Shown one piece after another: positions 1-15,300 of a DNA stretch of 64,000 bases (its first letter is position 1; each line of letters opens with the position of its first letter). Under the pieces are notes generated by a model, which was given only the letters and a program-made list of their open reading frames with translations, had not been told where the DNA came from and ran no database searches. Location: the NCBI RefSeq assembly GCF_009914755.1, contig NC_060946.1; one strand, given 5' to 3'. The translations under genes and the position numbers were made by a program. The DNA comes from the human T2T-CHM13v2.0 reference genome, Homo sapiens.

Positions 1-1860
1 ATACTGTACATAAAATATCAAAGTACCCAAGGCATATATTCTATACTGTACGAAAAATATCAAAGTACCCAAAGCATGTATTATATACTGTACCTAAAAT
101 ATGAAAGTACATCAAATATATATTTTATTCTGTACATAAAATATCAAAGTACACCAGATATATATTCTATAGTGTACATAAAATATCAAAGTACCCAAAC
201 TATACATTATATACTGTACATAAAATATGAAATTACATCAAATATATTTTATATTAGGTACATAAAATATGAAAGTACATAAAATATAGATTATATACTG
301 TACATTAAATACCAAAGTTCCCCAAATATATATTTTATACTGTACATGAAATATCAAAGTTCACAAACTATATATTATATACTGTACATATAATATCAAA
401 GAACCCAAGGTATATATTCTATACTGTACAAAAAATAACAAAGTACCAAAAGCATGTGTAATATACTGTACATAAAATTTGAAAGTACATCAAATATATA
501 TTTTATTCTGTACATAAAATATCAAAGTACACCAGATATATATTCTATAGTGTACATAAAATAACAAAGTACCCAAACTATACATTATATACTCTAAATA
601 AAATATGAAATTACATCAAATATATTTTATATTAGGTACATAAAATATGAAAGTACATCAAATATATATTTTATTCTGTACATAAAATATCAAAGTACAC
701 CAGATATATATTCTATAGTGTACATAAAATATCAAAGTACCCAAACTATACATTATATACTGTACATAAAATATGAAATTATATCAAATATATTTTATAT
801 TAGGTACATAAAATATGAAAGTACATCAAATATAGATTATATACTGTACATTATATACCAAAGTACCCCAAATATATATTTTATACTGTACATGAAATAT
901 CAAAGTTCACAAACTATATATTATATACTGTACATATAATATCAAAGAACCCAAGTTATATATTCTATACTGTACAAAAAATAACAAAGTACCAAAAGCA
1001 TGTATTATATACTGTACCTAAAATATGAAAGTACATCAAATATATATTTTATTCTGTACATAAAATATCAAAGTACACCAGATATATATTCTATAGTGTA
1101 CATAAAATATCAAAGTACCCAAACTATACATTATATACTGTACATAAAATATGAAATAACATCAAATATATTTTATATTAGGTACATAAAATATGAAAGT
1201 ACATGAAATATAGATTATATACTGTACATAAAATATCAAGGTACCCCAAATATATATTATATACTCTACATGAAATATCAAAGTTCACAAACTATATATT
1301 ATATACTGTACATAAAATATCAAAGTACCCAAGGTATATATTCTATACTGTACAAAAAATAACAAAGTACCAAAAGCATGTATAATATACTGTACATAAA
1401 ATATGAAAGTACATCAAATATATATTTTATTCTGTACATAAAATATCAAAGTACACCAGATATATATTCTATAGTGTACATAAAATATCAAAGTACCCAA
1501 ACTATACATTATATACTGTAAATAAAATATGAAATTACATCAAATATATTTTATATTAGGTACATAAAATATGAAAGTACATCAAATATATATTTTATTC
1601 TGTACATAAAATATCAAAGTACACCAGATATATATTCTATAGTGTACATAAAATATCAAAGTACCCAAACTATACATTATATACTGTACATAAAATATGA
1701 AATTACATCAAATATATTTTATATTAGGTACATAAAATATGAAAGTACATCAAATATAGATTATATACAGTACATTAAATACCAAAGTACCCCAAATATA
1801 TATTTTATACTGTACATGAAATATCAAAGTTCACAAACTATATATTATATACTGTACATA
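1..1860 (+). repeat. 924-bp (22-monomer = 9-mer + 13-mer) tandem pair, moderately diverged
   Basis: Near-identical ORFs at 76/1000 and 718/1642 (offset 924 = 378+546). An extra F-D-H-R block occurs at ~640 and ~1562. Confidence 0.75.
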
Positions 1861-1989
1861 TAATATCAAAGTACCCAAGGTATATATTCTATACTGTACA
1901 AAAAATATCAAAGTACCCAAAGCATGCATTATATACTGTATATAAAATATGAAAATACATTAAATATATATTTTATTCTGTACATAAAA

Positions 1990-4900
1990 TATCAAAGTAC
2001 ACCAGATATATATTCTATAGTGTACATAAAATAACAAAGTACACAAACTATAAATTATATACTGTACGTAAAATATGAAATTACATCAAATATATATTAG
2101 GTACATAAAATATGAAAGTACATCAAATATAGATTATATACTGTACATATAATATCAATGTACCCCAAATATATATTTTATACTCTACATGAAATATCAA
2201 AGTTCACAAACCATATATTATATACTGTACATAAAATATCAAAGTACCCAAGGTATATATTCTATACTGTACAAAAAATATCAAAGTACCCAAAGCATGT
2301 ATTATATACTGTACATAAAATATGAAAGTACATCAAATATATATTTTATTCTGTACATAAAATATCAAAGTACACCAGATATATATTCTATAGTGTACAT
2401 AAAATATCAAAATACCCAAACTATACATTATATACTGTACATAAAATATGAAATTACATCAAATATATATTATATTAGGTACATAAAATATGAAAGCACA
2501 TCAAATATAGATTATATACTGTACATTAAATACCAAAGTACCCCAAATATATATTTTATACTGTACATCAAATATAAAAGTTCACAAACTATATATTATA
2601 TACTGTACATAAAATATCAAAGTACCCAAGGTATATATTCTATACTGTACAAAAAATATCAAAGTACCCAAAGCATGTATTATATACTGTACATAAAATA
2701 TGAAAGTACATCAAATATATATTTTATTCTGTACTTAAAATATCAAAGTACACCAGATATATATTCTATAGTGTACATAAAATATCAAAGTACCCAAACT
2801 ATACATTATATACTGTACATAAAATATGAGATTACATCAAATATATATTATATTAGCTACATAAAATATGAAAGTACATCAGATATAGATTATATACTGT
2901 ACATAAAATATCAAAGTACCCCAAATATATATTATATACTCTACATGAAATATCAAAGTTCACAAACTATATATTATATACTGTACATAAAATATCAAAA
3001 TACCCAAGGTATATATTCTATACTGTACAAAAAATATCAAAGTACCCAAAGCATGTATTATATACTGTATACAAAATATGAAAATACATTAAATATATAT
3101 TTTATTCTGTACATAAAATATCAAAGTACACCAGATATGTATTCTATAGTGTACATAAAATAACAAAGTACACAAACTATAAATTATATACTGTACGTAA
3201 AATATGAAATTACATCAAATATATATTAGGTACATAAAATATGAAAGTACATCAAATATAGATTATACACTGTACATATAATATCAATGTACCCCAAATA
3301 TATATTTTATACTGTACATGAAATATCAAAGTTCACAAACCATACATTATATACTGTACATAAAATATCAAAGTACCCATGGTATATATTCTATACTGTA
3401 CGAAAAATATCAAAGTACCGAAAGCATGTATTATATACTGTACCTAAAATATGAAAGTACATCAAATATATATTTTATTCTGTACATAAAATATCAAAGT
3501 ACACCAGATATATATTCTATAGTGTACATAAAATATCAAAGTACCCAAACTATACATTATATACTGTACATAAAATATGAGATTACATCAAATATATATT
3601 ATATTAGCTACATAAAATATGAAAGTACATCAGATATAGATTATATACTGTACATAAAATATCAAAGTACCCCAAATATATATTATATACTCTACATGAA
3701 ATATCAAAGTTCACAAACTATATATTATATACTGTACATAAAATATCAAAGTACCCAAGGTATATATTCTATACTGTACAAAAAATATCAAAGTACCCAA
3801 AGCATGTATTATATACTGTATACAAAATATGAAAATACATTAAATATATATTTTATTCTGTACATAAAATATCAAAGTACACCAGATATGTATTCTATAG
3901 TGTACATAAAATAACAAAGTACACAAACTATAAATTATATACTGTACGTAAAATATGAAATTACATCAAATATATATTAGGTACATAAAATATGAAAGTA
4001 CATCAAATATAGATTATACACTGTACATATAATATCAATGTACCCCAAATATATATTTTATACTGTACATGAAATATCAAAGTTCACAAACCATACATTA
4101 TATACTGTACATAAAATATCAAAGTACCCAAGGTATATATTCTATACTGTACGAAAAATATCAAAGTACCCAAAGCATGTATTATATACTGTACCTAAAA
4201 TATGAAAGTACATCAAATATATATTTTATTCTGTACAGAAAATATCAAAGTACACCAGATATATATTCTATAGTGTACATAAAATATCAAAGTACCCAAA
4301 CTATACATTATATACTGTACATAAAATATGAAATTACATCAAATATATTTTATATTAGGTACATAAAATATGAAAGTACATCAAATATAGATTATATACT
4401 GTACATTAAATACCAAAGTTCCCCAAATATATATTTTATACTGTACATGAAATATCAAAGTTCACAAACTATATATTATATACTGTACATATAATATCAA
4501 AGTACCCAAGGTATATATTCTATACTGTACAAAAAATAACAAAGTACCAAAAGCATGTGTAATATACTGTACATAAAATATGAAAGTACATCAAATATAT
4601 ATTTTATTCTGTACATAAAATATCAAAGTACACCAGATATATATTCTATAGTGTACATAAAATATCAAAGTACCCAAACTATACATTATATACTGTAAAT
4701 AAAATATGAAATTACATCAAATATATTTTATATTAGGTACATAAAATATGAAAGTACATCAAATATATATTTTATTCTGTACATAAAATATCAAAGTACA
4801 CCAGATATATATTCTATAGTGTACATAAAATAACAAAGTACACAAACTATAAATTATATACTGTACGTAAAATATGAAATTACATCAAATATATATTAGG

Positions 4901-6300
4901 TACATAAAATATGAAAGTACATCAAATATAGATTATATACTGTACATATAATATCAATGTACCCCAAATATATATTTTATACTCTACATGAAATATCAAA
5001 GTTCACAAACCATATATTATATACTGTACATAAAATATCAAAGTACCCAAGGTATATATTCTATACTGTACAAAAAATATCAAAGTACCCAAAGCATGTA
5101 TTATATACTGTACATAAAATATGAAAGTACATCAAATATATATTTTATTCTGTACATAAAATATCAAAGTACACCAGATATATATTCTATAGTGTACATA
5201 AAATATCAAAATACCCAAACTATACATTATATACTGTACATAAAATATGAAATTACATCAAATATATATTATATTAGGTACATAAAATATGAAAGCACAT
5301 CAAATATAGATTATATACTGTACATTAAATACCAAAGTACCCCAAATATATATTTTATACTGTACATCAAATATAAAAGTTCACAAACTATATATTATAT
5401 ACTGTACATAAAATATCAAAGTACCCAAGGTATATATTCTATACTGTACAAAAAATATCAAAGTACCCAAAGCATGTATTATATACTGTACATAAAATAT
5501 GAAAGTACATCAAATATATATTTTATTCTGTACATAAAATATCAAAGTACACCAGATATATATTCTATAGTGTACATAAAATATCAAAGTACCCAAACTA
5601 TACATTATATACTGTACATAAAATATGAGATTACATCAAATATATATTATATTAGCTACATAAAATATGAAAGTACATCAGATATAGATTATATACTGTA
5701 CATAAAATATCAAAGTACCCCAAATATATATTATATACTCTACATGAAATATCAAAGTTCACAAAATATATATTATATACTGTACATAAAATATCAAAGT
5801 ACCCAAGGTATATATTCTATACTGTACAAAAAATACCAAAGTACCCAAAGCATGTATTATATACTGTATACAAAATATGAAAATACATTAAATATATATT
5901 TTATTCTGTACATAAAATATCAAAGTACACCAGATATGTATTCTATAGTGTACATAAAATAACAAAGTACACAAACTATAAATTATATACTGTACGTAAA
6001 ATATGAAATTACATGAAATATATATTAGGTACATAAAATATGAAAGTACATCAAATATAGATTATACACTGTACATATAATATCAATGTTCCCCAAATAT
6101 ATATTTTATAGTGTACATGAAATATCAAAGTTCACAAACCATACGTTATATACTGTACATAAAATATCAAAGTACCCAAGGTATATATTCTATACTGTAC
6201 GAAAAATATCAAAGTACCCAAAGCATGAATTGTATACTGTACCTAAAATATGAAAGTACATCAAATATATATTTTATTCTGTACATAAAATATCAAAGTA
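1990..6300 (+). repeat. ~1.5-kb block repeated at 2799-bp offset (~1990-3500 and ~4790-6300), with an internal 751-bp tandem duplication (~2760-4260)
   Basis: Near-identical 324-aa ORFs at 2189 and 4988. Private markers GAGATTAC..ATTAGCTAC..CATCAGATATAG at ~2830, ~3580 and ~5630. ORF ends 3163/3914 and starts 3318/4069 differ by 751 = 378+373. Confidence 0.85.
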
Positions 6301-9300
6301 CACCAGATATATATTCTATAGTGTACATAAAATATCAAAGTACCCAAACTATACATTATATACTGTACATAAAATATGAAATTACATCAAATATATTTTA
6401 TATTAGGTACATAAAATATGAAAGTACATGAAATATAGATTATATACTGTACATTAAATACCAAAGTTCCCCAAATATATATTTTATACTGTACATGAAA
6501 TATCAAAGTTCACAAACTATATATTATATACTGTACATAAAATATCAAAGTACCCAAGGTATATATTCTATACTGTACAAAAAATAACAAAGTACCAAAA
6601 GCATGTATAATATACTGTACATAAAATATGAAAGTACATCAAATATATATTTTATTCAGTACATAAAATATCAAAGTACACCAGATATATATTCTATAGT
6701 GTACATAAAATATCAAAGTACCCAAACTATACATTATATACTGTACATAAAATATGAAATTACATCAAATATATTTTATATTAGGTACATAAAATATGAA
6801 AGTACATCAAATATAGATTATATACTGTACATTAAATACCAAAGTACCCCAAATATATATTTTATACTGTACATGAAATATCAAAATACACTAACTATAT
6901 ATTATATACTGTACATAAAATATCAAAGTACCCAAGGTATATATTCTATACTGTACAAAAAATAACAAAGTACCAAAAGCATGTATAATATACTGTACAT
7001 AAAATATGAAAGTACATCAAATATATATTTTATTCAGTACATAAAATATCAAAGTACACCAGATATATATTCTATAGTGTACATAAAATATCAAAGTACA
7101 CCAGATATATATTCTATAGTGTACATAAAATATCAAAGTACCCAAACTATACATTATATACTGTAAATAAAATATGAAATTACATCAAATATATTTTATA
7201 TTAGGTACATAAAATATGAAAGTACATCAAATATAGATTATATACTGTACATTAAATACCAAAGTACCCCAAATATATATTTTATACTGTACATGAAATA
7301 TCAAATTTCCCAAACTATATATTATATACTGTACATATAATATCAAAGTACCCAAGGTATATATTCTATACTGTACAAAAAATAACAAAGTACCAAAAGC
7401 ATGTATTATATACTGTACCTAAAATATGAAAGTACATCAAATATATATTTTATTCTGTACATAAAATATCAAAGTACACCAGATATATATTCTATAGTGT
7501 ACATAAAATATCAAAGTACCCAAACTATACATTATATACTGTAAATAAAATACGAAATTACATCAAATATATTTTATATTAGGTACATAAAATATGAAAG
7601 TACATCAAATATATATTTTATTCTGTACATAAAATATCAAAGTACACCACATATATGTTCTATAGTGTACATAAAATATCAAAGTACCCAAACTATACAT
7701 TATATACTGTACATAAAATATGAAATTACATCAAATATATTTTATATTAGGCACATAAAATATGAAAGTACATCAAATATAGATTATATACTGTACATTA
7801 AATACCAAAGTACCCCAAATATATATTTTATACTGTACATGAAATATCAAATTACACAAACTATATATTATATACTGTACATAAAATATCAAAGTACCCT
7901 AGGTATATATTCTATACTGTACAAAAAATAACAAAGTACCAAAAGCATGTATAATATACTGTACATAAAATATGAAAGTACATCAAATATATATTTTATT
8001 CTGTACATAAAATATCAAAGTACACCAGATATATATTCTATAGTGTACATAAAATATCAAAGTACCCAAACTATACATTATATACTGTAAATAAAATATG
8101 AAATTACATCAAACATATTTTATATTAGGTACATAAAATATGAAAGTACATCAAATATAGATTATATACTGTACATTAAATACCAAAGTACCCCAAATAT
8201 ATATTTTATACTGTACATGAAATATCAAATTTCCCAAACTATATATTATATACTGTACATATAATATCAAAGTACCCAAGGTATATATTCTATACTGTAC
8301 AAAAAATAACAAAGTACCAAAAGCATGTATTATATAATGTACCTAAAATATGAAAGTACATCAAATATATATTTTATTCTGTACATAAAATATCAAAGTA
8401 CACCAGATATATATTCTAAAGTGTACATAAAATATCAAAGTACCCAAACTATACATTATATACTGTACATAAAATATGAAATTACATCAAATATATTTTA
8501 TATTAGGTACATAAAATATGAAAGTACATCAAATATAGATTATATACTGTACATTAAATACCAAAGTACCCCAAATATATATTTTATACTGTACATGAAA
8601 TATCAAATTTCACAAACTATATATTATATACTGTACATATAATATCAAAGTACCCAAGGTATATATTCTATACTGTACAAAAAATAACAAAGTACCAAAA
8701 GCATGTATTATATACTGTACATAAAATATGAAAGTACATCAAATATATATTTTATTCTGTACATAAAATATCAAAGTACACCAGATATATATTCTATAGT
8801 GTACATAAAATATCAAAGTACCCAAACTATACATTATATACTGTAAATAAAATATGAAATTACATCAAATGTATTTTATATTAGGTACCTAAAATATGAA
8901 AGTACATCAAATATATATTTTATTCTGTACATAAAATATCAAAGTACACCAGATATATATTCTATAGTGTACATAAAATATCAAAGTACCCAAACTATAA
9001 ATTATATACTGTACATAAAATATGAAATTACATCAAATATATTTTATATTAGGTACATAAAATATGAAAGTACATCAAATATAGATTATATACTGTACAT
9101 TAAATACCAAAGTACCCCAAATATATATTTTATACTGTACAAGAAATATGAAAATACACAAACTATATATTATATACTGTACATAAAATATCAAAGTACC
9201 CAAGGTATATATTCTATACTGTACAAAAAATAACAAAGTACCAAAAGCATGTATAATATACTGTACATAAAATATGAAAGTACATCAAATATATATTTTA

Positions 9301-12300
9301 TTCTGTACATAAAATATCAAAGTACACCAGATATATATTCTATAGTGTACATAAAATATCAAATTACCCAAACTATACATTATATACTGTACATAAAATA
9401 TGAAATTACATCAAATATATTTTATATTAGGTACATAAAATATGAAAGTACATCAAATATAGATTATATACTGTACATTAAATACCAAAGTACCCCAAAT
9501 ATATATTTTATACTGTACATGAAATATCAAAATACACTAACTATATATTATATACTGTACATAAAATATCAAAGTACCCAAGGTATATATTCTATACTAT
9601 ACAAAAAATAACAAAGTACCAAAAGCATGTATAATATACTGTACATAAAATATGAAAGTACATCAAATATATATTTTATTCAGTACATAAAATATCAAAG
9701 TACACCAGATATATATTCTATAGTGTACATAAAATATCAAAGTACCCAAACTATACATTATATACTGTACATAAAATATGAAATTACATCAAATATATTT
9801 TATATTAGGTACATAAAATATGAAAGTACATCAAATATAGATTATATACTGTACATTAAATACCAAAGTACCCCAAATATATATTTTATACTGTACATGA
9901 AATATCAAAATACACTAACTATATATTATATACTGTACATAAAATATCAAAGTACCCAAGGTATATATTCTATACTGTACAAAAAATAACAAAGTACCAA
10001 AAGCATGTATAATATACTGTACATAAAATATGAAAGTACATCAAATATATATTTTATTCAGTACATAAAATATCAAAGTACACCAGATATATATTCTATA
10101 GTGTACATAAAATATCAAAGTACACCAGATATATATTCTATAGTGTACATAAAATATCAAAGTACCCAAACTATACATTATATACTGTAAATAAAATATG
10201 AAATTACATCAAATATATTTTATATTAGGTACATAAAATATGAAAGTACATCAAATATAGATTATATACTGTACATTAAATACCAAAGTACCCCAAATAT
10301 ATATTTTATACTGTACATGAAATATCAAATTTCCCAAACTATATATTATATACTGTACATATAATATCAAAGTACCCAAGGTATATATTCTATACTGTAC
10401 CAAAAATAACAAAGTACCAAAAGCATGTATTATATACTGTACCTAAAATATGAAAGTACATCAAATATATATTTTATTCTGTACATAAAATATCAAAGTA
10501 CACCAGATATATATTCTATAGTGTACATAAAATATCAAAGTACCCAAACTATACATTATATACTGTAAATAAAATACGAAATTACATCAAATATATTTTA
10601 TATTAGTTACATAAAATATGAAAGTACATCAAATATATATTTTATTCTGTACATAAAATATCAAAGTACACCACATATATGTTCTATAGTGTACATAAAA
10701 TATCAAAGTACCCAAACTATACATTATATACTGTACATAAAATATGAAATTACATCAAATATATTTTATATTAGGCACATAAAATATGAAAGTACATCAA
10801 ATATAGATTATATACTGTACATTAAATACCAAAGTACCCCAAATATATATTTTATACTGTACATGAAATATCAAATTACACAAACTATATATTATATACT
10901 GTACATAAAATATCAAAGTACCCAAGGTATATATTCTATACTGTACAAAAAATAACAAAGTACCAAAAGCATGTATAATATACTGTACATAAAATATGAA
11001 AGTACATCAAATATATATTTTATTCTGTCCATAAAATATCAAAGTACACCAGATATATATTCTATAGTGTACATAAAATATCAAATTACCCAAACTATAC
11101 ATTATATACTGTAAATAAAATATGAAATTACATCAAATATATTTTATATTAGGTACATAAAATATGAAAGTACATCAAATATAGATTATATACTGTACAT
11201 TAAATACCAAAGTACCCCAAATATATATTTTATACTGTACATGAAATATCAAAATACACTAACTATATATTATATACTGTACATAAAATATCAAAGTACC
11301 CAAGGTATATATTCTATACTGTACAAAAAATAACAAAGTACCAAAAGCATGTATAATATACTGTACATAAAATATGAAAGTACATCAAATATATATTTTA
11401 TTCAGTACATAAAATATCAAAGTACACCAGATATATATTCTATAGTGTACATAAAATATCAAAGTACCCAAACTATACATTATATACTGTACATAAAATA
11501 TGAAATTACATCAAATATATTTTATATTAGGTACATAAAATATGAAAGTACATCAAATATAGATTATATACTGTACATTAAATACCAAAGTACCCCAAAT
11601 ATATATTTTATACTGTACATGAAATATCAAAATACACTAACTATATATTATATACTGTACATAAAATATCAAAGTACCCAAGGTATATATTCTATACTGT
11701 ACAAAAAATAACAAAGTACCAAAAGCATGTATAATATACTGTACATAAAATATGAAAGTACATCAAATATATATTTTATTCAGTACATAAAATATCAAAG
11801 TACACCAGATATATATTCTATAGTGTACATAAAATATCAAAGTACACCAGATATATATTCTATAGTGTACATAAAATATCAAAGTACCCAAACTATACAT
11901 TATATACTGTAAATAAAATATGAAATTACATCAAATATATTTTATATTAGGTACATAAAATATGAAAGTACATCAAATATAGATTATATACTGTACATTA
12001 AATACCAAAGTACCCCAAATATATATTTTATACTGTACATGAAATATCAAATTTCCCAAACTATATATTATATACTGTACATATAATATCAAAGTACCCA
12101 AGGTATATATTCTATACTGTACAAAAAATAACAAAGTACCAAAAGCATGTATTATATACTGTACCTAAAATATGAAAGTACATCAAATATATATTTTATT
12201 CTGTACATAAAATATCAAAGTACACCAGATATATATTCTATAGTGTACATAAAATATCAAAGTACCCAAACTATACATTATATACTGTAAATAAAATACG

Positions 12301-15300
12301 AAATTACATCAAATATATTTTATATTAGGTACATAAAATATGAAAGTACATCAAATATATATTTTATTCTGTACATAAAATATCAAAGTACACCACATAT
12401 ATGTTCTATAGTGTACATAAAATATCAAAGTACCCAAACTATACATTATATACTGTACATAAAATATGAAATTACATCAAATATATTTTATATTAGGCAC
12501 ATAAAATATGAAAGTACATCAAATATAGATTATATACTGTACATTAAATACCAAAGTACCCCAAATATATATTTTATACTGTACATGAAATATCAAATTA
12601 CACAAACTATATATTATATACTGTACATAAAATATCAAAGTACCCTAGGTATATATTCTATACTGTACAAAAAATAACAAATTACCAAAAGCATGTATAA
12701 TATACTGTACATAAAATATGAAAGTACATCAAATATATATTTTATTCTGTACATAAAATATCAAAGTACACCAGATATATATTCTATAGTGTACATAAAA
12801 TATCAAAGTACCCAAACTATACATTATATACTGTAAATAAAATATGAAATTACATCAAACATATTTTATATTAGGTACATAAAATATGAAAGTACATCAA
12901 ATATAGATTATATACTGTACATTAAATACCAAAGTACCCCAAATATATATTTTATACTGTACATGAAATATCAAATTTCCCAAACTATATATTATATACT
13001 GTACATATAATATCAAAGTACCCAAGGTATATATTCTATACTGTACAAAAAATAACAAAGTACCAAAAGCATGTATTATATACTGTACCTAAAATATGAA
13101 AGTACATCAAATATATATTTTATTCTGTACATAAAATATCAAAGTACACCAGATATATATTCTATAGTGTACATAAAATATCAAAGTACCCAAACTATAC
13201 ATTATATACTGTACATAAAATATGAAATTACATCAAATATATTTTATATTAGGTACATAAAATATGAAAGTACATCAAATATAGATTATATACTGTACAT
13301 TAAATACCAAAGTACCCCAAATATATATTTTATACTGTACATGAAATATCAAATTTCACAAAATATATATTATATACTGTACATATAATATCAAAGTACC
13401 CAAGGTATATATTCTATACTGTACAAAAAATAACAAAGTACCAAAAGCATGTATTATATACTGTACATAAAATATGAAAGTACATCAAATATATATTTTA
13501 TTCTGTACATAAAATATCAAAGTACACCAGATATATATTCTATAGTGTACATAAAATATCAAAGTACCCAAACTATACATTATATACTGTAAATAAAATA
13601 TGAAATTACATCAAATGTATTTTATATTAGGTACCTAAAATATGAAAGTACATCAAATATATATTTTATTCTGTACATAAAATATCAAAGTACACCAGAT
13701 ATATATTCTATAGTGTACATAAAATATCAAAGTACCCAAACTATAAATTATATACTGTACATAAAATATGAAATTACATCAAATATATTTTATATTAGGT
13801 ACATAAAATATGAAAGTACATCAAATATAGATTATATACTGTACATTAAATACCAAAGTACCCCAAATATATATTTTATACTGTACAAGAAATATGAAAA
13901 TACACAAACTATATATTATATACTGTACATAAAATATCAAAGTACCCAAGGTATATATTCTATACTGTACAAAAAATAACAAAGTACCAAAAGCATTTAT
14001 AATATACTGTACATAAAATATGAAAGTACATCAAATATATATTTTATTCTGTCCATAAAATATCAAAGTACACCAGATATATATTCTATAGTGTACATAA
14101 AATATCAAATTACCCAAACTATACATTATATACTGTACATAAAATATGAAATTACATCAAATATATTTTATATTAGGTACATAAAATATGAAAGTACATC
14201 AAATATAGATTATATACTGTACATTAAATACCAAAGTACCCCAAATATATATTTTATACTGTACATGAAATATCAAAATACACTAACTATATATTATATA
14301 CTGTACATAAAATATCAAAGTACCCAAGGTATATATTCTATACTGTACAAAAAATAACAAAGTACCAAAAGCATGTATAATATACTGTACATAAAATATG
14401 AAAGTACATCAAATATATATTTTATTCAGTACATAAAATATCAAAGTACACCAGATATATATTCTATAGTGTACATAAAATATCAAAGTACCCAAACTAT
14501 ACATTATATACTGTACATAAAATATGAAATTACATCAAATATATTTTATATTAGGTACATAAAATATGAAAGTACATCAAATATAGATTATATACTGTAC
14601 ATTAAATACCAAAGTACCCCAAATATATATTTTATACTGTACATGAAATATCAAAATACACTAACTATATATTATATACTGTACATAAAATATCAAAGTA
14701 CGCAAGGTATATATTCTATACTGTACAAAAAATAACAAAGTACCAAAAGCATGTATAATATACTGTACATAAAATATGAAAGTACATCAAATATATATTT
14801 TATTCAGTACATAAAATATCAAAGTACACCAGATATATATTCTATAGTGTACATAAAATATCAAAGTACACCAGATATATATTCTATAGTGTACATAAAA
14901 TATCAAAGTACCCAAACTATACATTATATACTGTAAATAAAATATGAAATTACATCAAATATATTTTATATTAGGTACATAAAATATGAAAGTACATCAA
15001 ATATAGATTATATACTGTACATTAAATACCAAAGTACCCCAAATATATATTTTATACTGTACATGAAATATCAAATTTCCCAAACTATATATTATATACT
15101 GTACATATAATATCAAAGTACCCAAGGTATATATTCTATACTGTACAAAAAATAACAAAGTACCAAAAGCATGTATTATATACTGTACCTAAAATATGAA
15201 AGTACATCAAATATATATTTTATTCTGTACATAAAATATCAAAGTACACCAGATATATATTCTATAGTGTACATAAAATATCAAAGTACCCAAACTATAC

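Noticed and set aside
372-396. Hairpin ATATTATAT-ACTGTAC-ATATAATAT formed by the recurrent CATATAATATC variant
   Set aside because: The 9-bp all-A/T stem is weak and expected by chance in TA-rich sequence. There is no evidence for a terminator or cruciform role.
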